Of a stretch of DNA of 64,000 nt, positions 28,001 to 37,900 are shown piece by piece. Position 1 is the first letter of the stretch. Every line of letters starts with the position of its first letter. This DNA is from Lytechinus pictus (Eukaryota). The stretch is from positions 31,560,001 through 31,624,000 of the forward strand of contig NC_087245.1 of NCBI RefSeq assembly GCF_037042905.1. The letters are read 5' to 3'. A program made the translations under genes and the position numbers. The notes below the pieces were generated by a model that did no database searches, was not told where the DNA came from, and was given only the letters and a program-made list of their open reading frames with translations.

Positions 28001-29923
28001 CATCATTGGTAGTCAAGAGATCAGCGCTCAATCTCTGATCAACTACTTCCAGCCTCTTATTGATTACCTGAAGGAACAGAACGAGATGAATGGAGACGTG
28101 GTAGGATGGTCAGAGATGTATACTCCTAAAGGTGAGCTTATAACAATACAGGGGCCGCGGAAGCGGGGGGGGGGGGGGCTCAGCCCCCACTCTTTTTCCA
28201 AACCTGTACAAAAACGTAAAAATTACCATATGATTGTGATTTTTTTGCATGATCAACCCCCCCCCCCCCCCCCACTTTGAAAACCGTTCCGCGGCCCCTG
28301 CAATAATTACACAATATAATTATCATACAGTGCGGTACTTTTTGTTTTAGCAATTCTAAATATTCACAACCATTGTTATTATCATCATTATTACCGGTGT
28401 GTTGGCTCAGTTGGTAGAGCGTCCGTCTCACAACCGGGAGGTCGCGAGTTCAAACCCGGCCTTGTCAGACCAAAAGACGTAAAAAGATGGGAGTTGCTGC
28501 TACCCTGTTTGGCGTTCAACGATTAAAGGGATAGAGCCTCATCGATCTGGCGCTGCACAGCGGCTGCCGGGCCCACGATCAGTTGGGCAAAACAAATATT
28601 CGGAGTATTTAATTTCATGTCTATTTGAACAATAATATATGGATTTTCATTTCATTTTATTTTTGTGAATAAAAGTTGTTGATGATGATGATGAACAGCT
28701 GTTTTGTTTATTTATCTGAAAGAAAAAAATCAAAAGCACTGGCTTCCCAATTATGTCACATTAATAATTGTTCACAAAGTTGCTGAAAAAGATACGTCTT
28801 TAGTTCATATTTGAAGGTCTCAATATTGTCTTTCTTTAAGTTCATCATGAATTTGCATTTGAAAATATTGCAAATCATTATTTGATATAACAAAGAGAAT
28901 GTGAAAATCGATTGATAATCTGGTTGATATTGATAATCTATAAAAATATTTTGATGTTGAAATGTGCTATTAAATCTGAAAAAAAAAGGCTTGGCCATGC
29001 ATGGCTTGTAGAATCCATCATTATCATGGAATGAAAAATTATACAGTGAAGGAGCAAGGAGGCCAGAAAAATGAAAACAACTTCTTGATAATAGGAAAAA
29101 TATGTGTTTATTTTGTTTCTTTCACTTGTCTTTTCATACATGTTTTCGTCTCTATCCTGCTTGACCAACATTGCAGAACGTAAGTATTGATCCTCATGAC
29201 TTGTAATCATAATTTTCTTAGTGATTTTTCTACAAAAATACTATAATGTTTCATTTAGGACAAATTGCTGAGTATGGATATGAAATGTATGAATTCATGT
29301 AATGAGATCATCTACAAAAGTTCAATATTATTTTTAAATATTTTTTTTCCAAGTGCCTTTTATCACACAAAGTAACAAAATATTACAAGATATAATGAAT
29401 ATGAATACTGTGTATGTAAGACTAACTTGGGTTCCTCAATTTGAATAAGCTAAATATCACACAAGACAGAAGTTCATTATCATATTCGTTTTTAATACTC
29501 TCTATTGGTAATAGTAATGATGTCTTAACATTTTGGAGTTTTGATGGTCATTTGAATATGATGCCTACATCGTATCAGAGACGTGTATGCATTTTACCGT
29601 AATTAATTCATATAGTGACGTAATGAGCTAAAATTTTGAGGGGGCGTGATATTGCATATTGGGTCAAATTTATGAAAAGTTGAAACTTTTTTGGGGGGAG
29701 GCAGGCGTCCTAAGCCCCCCATCTGTACGAAACTGATAAAGTATTTATTTTTTTTACGAAATTGCAAACGAAATCCTATTCGTTCTCTGTCTCTCTCTCT
29801 ATTCCAGCTGAAATGGAGGACGATTTGACAAAATGGAAGAAGAGTTATGAGATGTGGCAGATGGAGATGATGGATTGGAAGAAAACATATGAAGATTACA
29901 AAGAACACACCACCTGTGATTAG
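13508..29923 (+). CDS. ACE: Angiotensin-converting enzyme-like peptidyl-dipeptidase (family M2): single catalytic domain, secreted, ~663 aa, with a WAT-like C-terminal peptide
   Basis: join(13508-13744,15151-15306,16343-16430,17406-17549,20627-20818,21683-21780,22716-22888,[23985-24208 or 24370-24593],24842-24986,25495-25593,26234-26371,27950-28131,29808-29923) = 1992 nt, all introns GT-AG, phases consistent. Signal peptide; [46 protein letters not shown]. Has Gln (ACE) rather than Arg (ACE2) in NMWAQ. Confidence 0.96.
13758..13890. repeat. (GGT/GAT)n trinucleotide microsatellite
   Basis: Direct reading. Confidence 0.9.
14065..14379. mobile_element. hAT-type MITE in ACE intron 1
   Basis: TIR CATGGGCGGAAATC / GATTTCCGCCCCTG; perfect 8-bp TSD GTTGGAAT on both sides. 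Confidence 0.85.
15151..15306 (+). CDS. ACE: ACE exon 2
   Basis: [13 protein letters not shown]...[28 protein letters not shown]. Confidence 0.9.
16010..16052. repeat. (TA)n microsatellite
   Basis: Direct reading. Confidence 0.95.
16343..16430 (+). CDS. ACE: ACE exon 3
   Basis: [38 protein letters not shown]. Confidence 0.92.
17406..17549 (+). CDS. ACE: ACE exon 4
   Basis: [27 protein letters not shown]...NQAAVAN; 144 nt; GTAAGG donor. Confidence 0.95.
20627..20818 (+). CDS. ACE: ACE exon 5
   Basis: [11 protein letters not shown]...[15 protein letters not shown]...GPIPAHIL; 192 nt. Confidence 0.95.
21683..21780 (+). CDS. ACE: ACE exon 6
   Basis: [33 protein letters not shown]; 98 nt. Confidence 0.95.
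21850..22008. mobile_element. MITE (Harbinger-like) with a GTTACCATAGTAAC + CCAAT core
   Basis: Inverted ends GGGAGCATTTCATGAA / TTTATGAAACACTCCC; related copies at ~800-930, 27083-27250, 27507-27647, 48152-48305, 55254-55401. Confidence 0.75.
22010..22180 (+). mobile_element. Degenerate tRNA-derived SINE
   Basis: AATCAGAGGGTCGTGGGTTCGAATCC B-box; similar to 58978-59115. Confidence 0.6.
22716..22888 (+). CDS. ACE: ACE exon 7
   Basis: [20 protein letters not shown]...[17 protein letters not shown]; 173 nt. Confidence 0.95.
23670..23946. repeat. (CAT/CAC)n microsatellite upstream of exon 8a; similar tracts at 22240-22395 and 24244-24340
   Basis: Direct reading. Confidence 0.9.
23985..24208 (+). 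CDS. ACE: ACE exon 8a (zinc-binding exon, HEMGHIEYY copy)
   Basis: GCAG|A ATC AAG CAA TGT...; [32 protein letters not shown]...HEAVGD...; 224 nt; GTATTA donor. Confidence 0.8.
24370..24593 (+). CDS. ACE: ACE exon 8b (tandem duplicate zinc-binding exon, HEMGHVEYF copy)
   Basis: ACAG|A ATC AAG CAA TGT...; 224 nt; 13 substitutions vs 8a; GTATTA donor. Confidence 0.8.
24842..24986 (+). CDS. ACE: ACE exon 9
   Basis: [32 protein letters not shown]...WWKLR; 145 nt. Confidence 0.95.
25495..25593 (+). CDS. ACE: ACE exon 10
   Basis: [33 protein letters not shown]; 99 nt. Confidence 0.95.
26234..26371 (+). CDS. ACE: ACE exon 11
   Basis: [20 protein letters not shown]...[23 protein letters not shown] donor. 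Confidence 0.95.
26429..26842. mobile_element. PIF/Harbinger MITE inserted into a tRNA-derived SINE head
   Basis: TIR AGGCGACCGCACACCTTACGA / TCGTAAGGTGTGCGGTGGCCT; TAA TSD; flanks rejoin to ...CCGTGACCTAGTGGTCTAAGGCGCTTGACT...GGTTCGATCCC (A and B boxes). Confidence 0.85.
27083..27250. mobile_element. MITE (Harbinger-like)
   Basis: GTTTCATGAAAGTTGTCAGCACTGAC / GTCAGTGCTGACAACTTTCATGAAAC perfect inverted repeat. Confidence 0.85.
27950..28131 (+). CDS. ACE: ACE exon 12
   Basis: [15 protein letters not shown]...[30 protein letters not shown]; phase-1 GTGAGC donor. Confidence 0.93.
28149..28300. mobile_element. Short GC-ended MITE 17 nt downstream of the ACE exon 12 donor
   Basis: TIR CAGGGGCCGCGGAA / TTCCGCGGCCCCTG; CAATA on both flanks. 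Confidence 0.8.
28394..28640 (+). mobile_element. tRNA-derived SINE
   Basis: TGGCTCAGTTGGTAGAGCG (A box), GAGTTCAAACCC (B box), non-tRNA body, (TTTTCA)n-like tail. Confidence 0.8.
29808..29923 (+). CDS. ACE: ACE terminal exon 13: cholinesterase-type WAT/T-peptide-like tetramerisation peptide
   Basis: Strong pyrimidine tract + CCAG (29804-29807); phase 1 matches exon 12; [38 protein letters not shown]. Confidence 0.8.
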
Positions 29924-30291
29924 ATTGACAGTTCCAAAATATTCAGAGTAACATGAGATTGTGGCAATGAAGGGGCGGGTCTTGCTTTTTTTTCTTCGTG
30001 GATTCCCAAACAAAAAAAGGGTAAAATTAAACGTTGCTCGACAAGGAAGAAAAAAAAGATGTATATGAATGGTTTAACGCCTTCTTGATTACTATAAGTG
30101 TATATACTTAATGATTCTAATTAAAGAGATTGAGTACGCAGAAAATGATACAATTTGGTAGTTAGAACAAGGGTGTACTTCTTTTGATAATAGTGGCGAC
30201 ACTCTTCACACTTTCTTAAAAGCGCGCCATACATTGTCTTTCAGGTGCGTGTATACATACTGCAGTGTTTTAAAATGTTTTACGCAACTTT

Positions 30292-30879
30292 AAAGGACAA
30301 GTCCTCCCTAGGAGAAAAGTTTATTTGAATGAAAAGAGAAAAATCCAAGGCAGCAAGCATAACACTGAAAATTTGATCAAAATCGGATGTAAAATAAGAA
30401 GTTATGACATTTTAAAGTTTCGCTTAGTTTCACAAAACAGTTACATGCACATCCTGGTCAATATGCAAATGGGGAAACTGATGATGTCATCCACTTACTA
30501 TTTATTTTGTATTTTGTTATATAAAATATGAAATATTCTAATTTTCTCCTCTTTCCTCCCTGAACATGTGGAATTAGCATTGTTTAATTATACATGGTTC
30601 AGTCAAGTTGGTCCTTGTTGTCAAATATGTAAAAAATGAAGTATTGTTTAATTCAAACATTTAAAAAACAAAATAAATAATAAGTGGAGGACATGTCTCA
30701 GTTGCATGTCACTGAGTTGTGCATATCACTGTTTTGTGTAAAATAAGCGAAACTTTATAAAGTTATAGGTTGTTTATTTAACATCCGATTTAATGAAATT
30801 TTCAGCATTATGCTAGTTTAATTTTTTTCTCTTTTATTCAAATCAATCAACATTTTTTCTGGGGTGGACTTGACCTTTA
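30292..30879. mobile_element. Non-autonomous TIR element, Kolobok-like family; relatives at ~43817-44200, 51831-52412, 54139-54694
   Basis: Ends AAAGGACAAGTCCTCCC / GGGGTGGACTTGACCTTT; inverted subterminal GAAAATTT.ATCAAAATCGGATGTAAAATAA blocks; TTAA-like flanks. Confidence 0.7.
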
Positions 30880-30928
30880 CCAATTATGTGTATAATGTAT
30901 ACTCGTTTATCGTAATATATGTGACAAA

Positions 30929-31086
30929 ACGGTGTATCTCATTTGTTGAATTGAAAGTTGAAATGAAACGAAATTATTTTTTCGGCATTTACAAATACAT
31001 ATTATATATAATACGGTGTATCTCATTTGTTGAATTGAAAGTTGAAATGAAACGAAATTATTTTTTCGGCATTTACAAATACATAT
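30929..31086. repeat. Local tandem duplication (~74 bp x2)
   Basis: ACGGTGTATCTCATTTGTTGAATTGAAAG...TACAAATACATAT at 30929 and 31013. Confidence 0.9.
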
Positions 31087-32639
31087 TTATAAAACAAAAA
31101 AATCCATCAATATTTTGCACTTATACCATCACCATAGTAATCATTAATTATGAGAATTGAGTACATATGCAAACTTGTGTAGCATTTATTGGGGCTCTAG
31201 CAGCTATTGACTGTCATTATTTTTGTCAGAAATAAAGATATTGATTTTTATTTTGAACATGCATGCTGTAAGAAACTGTGGGCTAAATGCAATGCTGGAT
31301 ACGCTATGTTGACTGAATTATAGGATTTTGCGCCCTCTGGGGGTTTTTGTGTGTACTTGTCATGCAAGTTGGGATAACAATGTGTATCAGTGTCTATTAT
31401 CTACTTCCCATCTATATTGATAAAGTTCATAATGATTTTAATAATAATTTATCTGTCAATAGTTTCTAGAACACACGTCATTTTTGCCTAGAATGATATA
31501 TGTTTGTCAAAATTACATTAAAAAACCACGTTATACACGAATGTTTGAATATACTCAGTATTGCTCAGTTCAGCTGCAGGCTTCATTTCATGGTGTTATG
31601 TAATACATGTGTTGTTGTCTCTGTATGAACTAGATATATCTGCATTATTACAAAGAATTTCATTAAAACAAATTAATGTAAATTAGTCTTTATTATAAAA
31701 AAGTGCATGAAGCTTGCGATCAATTGCAGACCAATATATCGATCACAAGTTTTACCATTAACTGCAAATTTGCTCTTTATTGATCGACACGTTTCATACA
31801 TTAAAAATGAAATGATTTTTATGTATTTTATGTGATTAAGCTCGTCATTGCAAAGTTGAAATCGATATTGAAATGAAATAAAAAGTTGTGTTAATCCATA
31901 ATTGAGTTTTTGCTGTACCTCTTGGTAATTTTAAGACGACTCATTAAAATAATGAAGTCCCTAAAGATTGGAAGAAAAATCAATATATTCAACGTGAGAT
32001 TGTAACAATTATCATGAACAGATTGTTGTGGAAATCAAGGGAGTTCTTTGATTTTTAAAGAGAATTTGTCCTATTTAATTGAAAAATATACCATGAGCCA
32101 TGATATACGCTGATTTACAGAAAAATACTTATCATAAACACATTTTTATGCCGCCCCTTTTTGACTATATATGCTTCTGTACGTACATGTATAGACTCTG
32201 TAAAAAAGGTTTTCCGGTGTGTGTGTGTGGGTGTGTGTCTGTGTGTCTCTCCCCCTCTCTCAATCTCCCCAGTTTCACCCCTTTCCTCTCTCTGGCACTC
32301 TCCTGTATCTCCCTGTTCTTCCTTCTTCTTTTTTTTTTGAGGGGGGGGGGGGAGGGGGTCGTTATTTTTTTAATAAGAAAAATCCTGAGGTGATTTAGGT
32401 ATCAACTAATTTTAATAGAGATACAGTAAACATGGTAAATGCAGTTTGACTGATGTGCTGTATTAAACTGATCATATATAACTCAAATTCACGAAAATTG
32501 AGGAACGGCAAGCTGATCAGGCAAAATGCCTTTGTAGGAGATTTGTAGGTCTTTGGGGTCGAGCGAGAGTGGGAGGGGAGAGAGAAAGGGTGAGAGAGAG
32601 AGTGGGAGGGGAGACAGAGACAGACAGACCGAGAGACAG

Positions 32640-33791
32640 ATAGATAGCTAGCTAGATAGATAGATAGCTAGCAAGATAGATATATAGATAGCTAGATAGA
32701 TAGCTAGATAGATAGATATCTAGATAGATAGATATATAGCCAGTTAGATAGATAGCTAGATAAATAACTAGGTAGATAGCTAGATAGATAGGTAGCTAGA
32801 TAGCTAGTGAGATATCTAGAAAGCTAGCTAGATAGATAGCTAGATATAAAGCTAGTTAGATATCTAGAAAGCTAGCTAGATAGCTAGCGAGAAAGATAGA
32901 TAGCTAGCTATTTAGATAGATAGCTAGTTAGCTAGATAGATAGCCATCTAGATAGCTAGCTAGCAAGATAGATAGGTAGTTCGCCAGTTAGATATATAGC
33001 TAGATAAATAGATAGCTAGTTAGATAGATAGCTAACTAGATAGCTAGCCAGCAGTCAAACTGCATTTACCATGTTTACTGTATCTCTATTAAAATTAGTT
33101 GATACCTAAATCACCTCAGGATTTTTCTTATTAAAAAAAGATATATAGATAGATAGATAGATAGATAGATCGCCATAAAACAGTTAGGTAGATAGAGAAA
33201 GGGGCCGGTTGAGATGGGGGAGAGATTAATTAGACCATAGCTATTTCTAGCTCTTATTAAAAAAATAACGACCCCCTCCCCCCCCCTCAAAAAAAAAAGA
33301 AGAAGGAAGAACAGGGAGATACAGATCTATAGATAGATAGCTAGCTAGATAGATAGTTAGATAGCTAGCTAGATAGATAGCTAGTTAGATAGCTAGCTAG
33401 ATATCTAGATAGATAGATAGATAGCTAACTAGATAGGTAGCTAGCAAGATAGATAGATATATAGCTAGATAGATAGCTAGATAGATCGCCAGTTAGATCG
33501 ATAGCTATTTAGATAGATAGCTAACTAGATAGATAGCTAGCAAGATAGATAGATAGATAACTAGCTAGAGAGATAGATAGCTAGCTATTTAGATAGATAG
33601 CTATATCTATCTAGATAGATAGATAGCTAGATAAATAGATCGCTAGGTAGATAGATAGCCAACTAGATAGATAGATAGCTGGATAGATATATAAATAGAT
33701 AGCTAGTTAGATAGCTAACTAGATAGATAGCTAGCAAGATAGATATATAGATAGCTAGATAGATAGATCGCCAGTTAGATAGATCGCCAGT

Positions 33792-33822
<31 letters not shown>

Positions 33823-33905
33823 CTAGCTAGATTGATAGCTAGCTAGCTAGTTAGATAGATAGCTAGCAAGATATATAGATAGATAGATAGATAGATAGAT
33901 AGATC
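32640..33905. repeat. Compound (GATA/GCTA)n tetranucleotide satellite with inserted templated segments
   Basis: Direct reading; interrupted at 33052-33324 by copies of flanking DNA. Confidence 0.92.
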
Positions 33906-34841
33906 GCCATAAAACAGTTAGGTAGATAGAGAAAGGGGCCGGTTGAGATGGGGGAGAGATTAATTAGACCATAGCTATTTCTAGCTCTTCACATTTTTCT
34001 TTTCATGTTCTCAGGAAAGTGTTCACATTACACTCAGAATGACATGAGCCAATAAGTATCGGAGAGCCAATAGAATTTAGTCAGCAATTTGCGCTCGCAT
34101 TATCTAGTGGAATATACGTTTCTTGTCTCCAATTGGGGGTGTAAATATAAAACAAAATTGTGCCCACATATTTGATTGGTGAAAAATCTTCACTACAAGT
34201 CCCGATAAACTTAAAACTTAAGTCCACGTGCAGTATGTTATTTATTTTTTGAAAGGCCTTTATATAGAGGCCCCCGCCTCTTAGCTCTCCTAGCGGCCGT
34301 TCGAAGTGAAGAGTCTTTGTTCCCCACTATCTATTCTTAGATAGATGGATTCATATGAATGTATATCTGTATGAGAAGAATATAATTCAAATTCAACTTT
34401 CAATTAAAGATTTTAAAAAGCTTCTAGAGAGTGACTATTTGTCCCAACAGTCCAACGCGCTCCCCAACCTGTCCCCTATTATTGGACTACATGTAATAAC
34501 TTTTACACACGTGTCATTTTCATTGGGCGAACTGTACTGGTAGGCGTGGTTACAGAAACGAAGAACTTTTTACAAATAAAACAAGTATTTTAAGTTTTTG
34601 GTCACAGTACTCACGCGTTTGAAATTAAGAAATAGAGAGTGAGAAAGATTTATTATATGCTACTGCCTTTTCATGATGATCATATCAGTTTTATTTTTGT
34701 CCCAAGACGAAGAGAATCTTTTTAAAACCAGTAAAGACCAAAGTTTTTTTTTTTTAATATCCCTAGCTTGTCTCCTTGAAAGACCTTGATGCATTTCTAA
34801 CGTTACAGAAGCTGGAGTGTGTGAGCTGACGAAATAAGATC

Positions 34842-34996
34842 ATGAAGTATTTTTCTATCATTGTTTTGGTCACAATTGGCCTGAATTTGGTTCATGCAGA
34901 AGAGGAGGGATCGTCTTCCGAGCGGAACTATGACACCTCTACATTTCAAGAAGAAATAGGCAAAAAGGATCATTTTGTCAAGTTTTTTGCCCCGTG
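34842..34996 (+). CDS. TXNDC5: TXNDC5 exon 1
   Basis: [19 protein letters not shown]...[15 protein letters not shown]. Confidence 0.92.
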
Positions 34997-37900
34997 GTAT
35001 GTCGGCTCTCTTTTCGTCTTTGCTTGTTTACCTTGTCCCACACGTTCATTTTCATGTTTGTGTACCGGTACGCCAGTACCGGATGAAATGCTTGTTTTAA
35101 CCACTCCTAGTACCAATGAGGTCCAAACATTACATGTATGGACCACTCTAGGCGACACCCCAAGGCAATACTTACCCGTGCTAATAAACTGGGACTCCAC
35201 TCACGCGCATTTGGGCCGCCCTAGCTTAGAACTAAGCAATATTATCTAGAAATTGTTACATTGTAGTCATTAAATATGTTCTATTAAATAAATTGATAAT
35301 GTTTAATCGGTACTCACCGGTTCTTTTGTTGCATTTTCAGACCATTTCTCACAATTCTTCGTAAATATTTGCGGCAAATTTTGTCGCCATAGACAGCTTA
35401 GCATCCATCTTTATTGATAAATGGAGCGCCCTTTACGATAGTTGTTAATGCCGCGGAGAAATCGTTAGGCATTTTGGCCTGTGTTCAAGGCGTTCTTTCT
35501 GTTTTATTTTTTATATTGAAGATTGTGCATTTGTTGAATAGCGCCGTCTACGTCAGGTATGAGATCGAGTGTATAAATACACTCTTCCAAAATAATTATG
35601 ATTCCGACCTGGCGCTGTTTAACTTCAATCTCTTTCACCTAAATTAGCGATGAATGCTAGCATTATAAAATATATATTATTAACGTCTGACGAAAAGAAT
35701 AACCAACCGATCAGCTGACGAGAACGCGAATCACGTGATCTTCATATCAGCTTCGATCGCGAGTCAGAAGAGAAGAGCAGCTGCCCAGAAAATCAGGAAA
35801 AAGCCGTGAAAATGTAAGTTCCCCTTCATTTCTTTCATTTTTTTTTGTTGCTAACGATGCATTTACACTATAAAATTATAATTTAAATAAGAGAAAGGAA
35901 TATAGCTTGTACTTGTGATATAATATATAAATATCCTGTTCTCAGAGATTTCTAACCAAAAATACTACTGATGTCGCCTATGAGGTCCATACATGTAATG
36001 TTGGACCTCATTGGTACTAGGAGTGGTATGGACCTCATAGGCGACATCAGTAGTATTTTTGGTTAGAAATCTCTGAGAACAGGATATTTATATATTATAT
36101 CACAAGTACAAGCTATATTCCTTTCTCTTATTTAAATTATAATTTTATAGTGTAAATGCATCGTTAGCAACAAAAAAAAATGAAAGAAATGAAGGGGAAC
36201 TTACATTTTCATGGCTTTTTCCTGATTTTCTGGGCAGTTGCTCTTCACTTCTGACTCGCGATCGAAGCTGATATGAAGATCACGTGATTCGCGTTCTCGT
36301 CAGCTGATCGGTTGGTTATTCTTTTTGTCAGACGTTAATAATATATATTTTATAATGCTAGCATTCATCGCTAATTTAGGTGAAAGAGATTGAAGTTAAA
36401 CAGCGCCAGGTCGGAATCATAATTATTTTGGAAGAGTGTATTTATACACTTGATCTCATACCTGACGTAGACGGCGCTATTCAACAAATGCACAATCTTC
36501 AATATAAAAAATAAAACAGAAAGAACGCCTTGAACACATGCCAAAATGCCTAACGATTTCTCCGCGGCATTAACAACTATCGTAAAGGGCGCTCCATTTA
36601 TTAATAAAGATGGATGTATAGCTGTCTATGGCGACAAAATTTGCCGCAAATATTTACGAAGAATTGTGAGAAATGGTCTGAAAATGCAACAAAAGAACCG
36701 GTGAGTACCGATTAAACATTATCAATTTATTTAATACAACATATTTCATGACTAGAGTTTAACAATTTCTAGATAATATTGCTTAGTTCTAAGCTAGGGC
36801 GGCCCAAATGCGCGTGAGTGGAGTCCCAGTTTATTAGCACGGGTAAGTATTGGGGTGTCGCCTAGAGTGGTTTTAACTTTTATCATGTTTATTCATATTG
36901 ACTGTGCTTAGCGCTATAAGAATAAACCTAAGCACTCCTAGTACCCATGAGGTCGATACATAAACAGTATTGGGCCTAAATGGCAGTATCGTGAAATTGG
37001 GAACCAGTTCCTAATTTCCACCGGACACTTTTTCACGACAAGACGAAGACATGAAGTTATGAACTAGACTGTAGTGTAGACAGCTGGCAGCCGTCTCGAG
37101 GAGTTTGTAAACATTTTTGTCTCACCTGCATAGCAGAGTGAGACTATAGGCGCCGCTTTTCCGACGGCGGCGGCGGCGTCAACACCAAATCTTAACCTGA
37201 GGTTAAGTTTTTGAAATGACAGCATAACTTAGAAAGTATATGGACCTAGTTCATGAAACTTGGCCATAAGGTTAATCAAGTATTACTGAACATCCTGCCT
37301 GAGTTTCATGTCACATGACCAAGGTCAAAGGTCATTTAGGGTCAATGAACTTAGACCATGTTGGGGGAATCAACATCAAAATCTTAACCTAAGGTTAAGT
37401 TTTTGAAATGTCATCATAACTTAGAAAATATATGGACCTAGTTCATGAAACTTATACATAAGGTTAATCAAGTATCACTGAACATCCTGCATGAGTTTCA
37501 CGTCACATGACCAAAGTCAAAGGTCATTTAGGGTCAATGAACTTTGGCCGAATTGGGGGTATCTGTTGAATTACCATCATAACTTTGAAAGTTTATGGAT
37601 CTGATTCATGAAACTTGGACATAATAGTAATCAAGTATTACTGAACATCCTGTGCAAGTTTCAGGTCACATGATCAAGGTCAAAGGTCATTTAGGGTCAA
37701 TGAACTTTGGCCAAATTGGGGTATTTGTTGAATTACAGCCATAAATTTGAAAGTGTGTTGGTCTAGTTCATAAAACTTGGACATAATAGTAATCAAGTAT
37801 CACTGAACATCCTGTGCGAGTTTCAGGTCACATGATCAAGGTCAAAGGTCATGTAAGGTCAAAGAACTTTGGCCACGTTGGGGGTATTTGTTGAATTGCC

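Noticed and set aside
28132..28280. ACE intron-12 read-through tail ending PPPPPPL (analogy to AChE-R or a PRAD)
   Set aside because: The frame runs through a MITE whose poly-G and poly-C runs create the Gly/Pro tracts; no sign of selection
28394..28475. Apparent tRNA gene
   Set aside because: A and B boxes are present but the acceptor stem is not convincing, and the sequence continues into a SINE body and tail
13508..29923. Two-domain somatic-type ACE, suggested by two HEMGH motifs
   Set aside because: Only one exon is duplicated (about 94% nucleotide identity); all other exons are single and the two copies cannot be joined in frame
34505..34527. ERSE-like element upstream of TXNDC5 (CACGTGT...ATTGG)
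   Set aside because: Spacing is 7 nt rather than the 9 of CCAAT-N9-CCACG, and the half-site is imperfect
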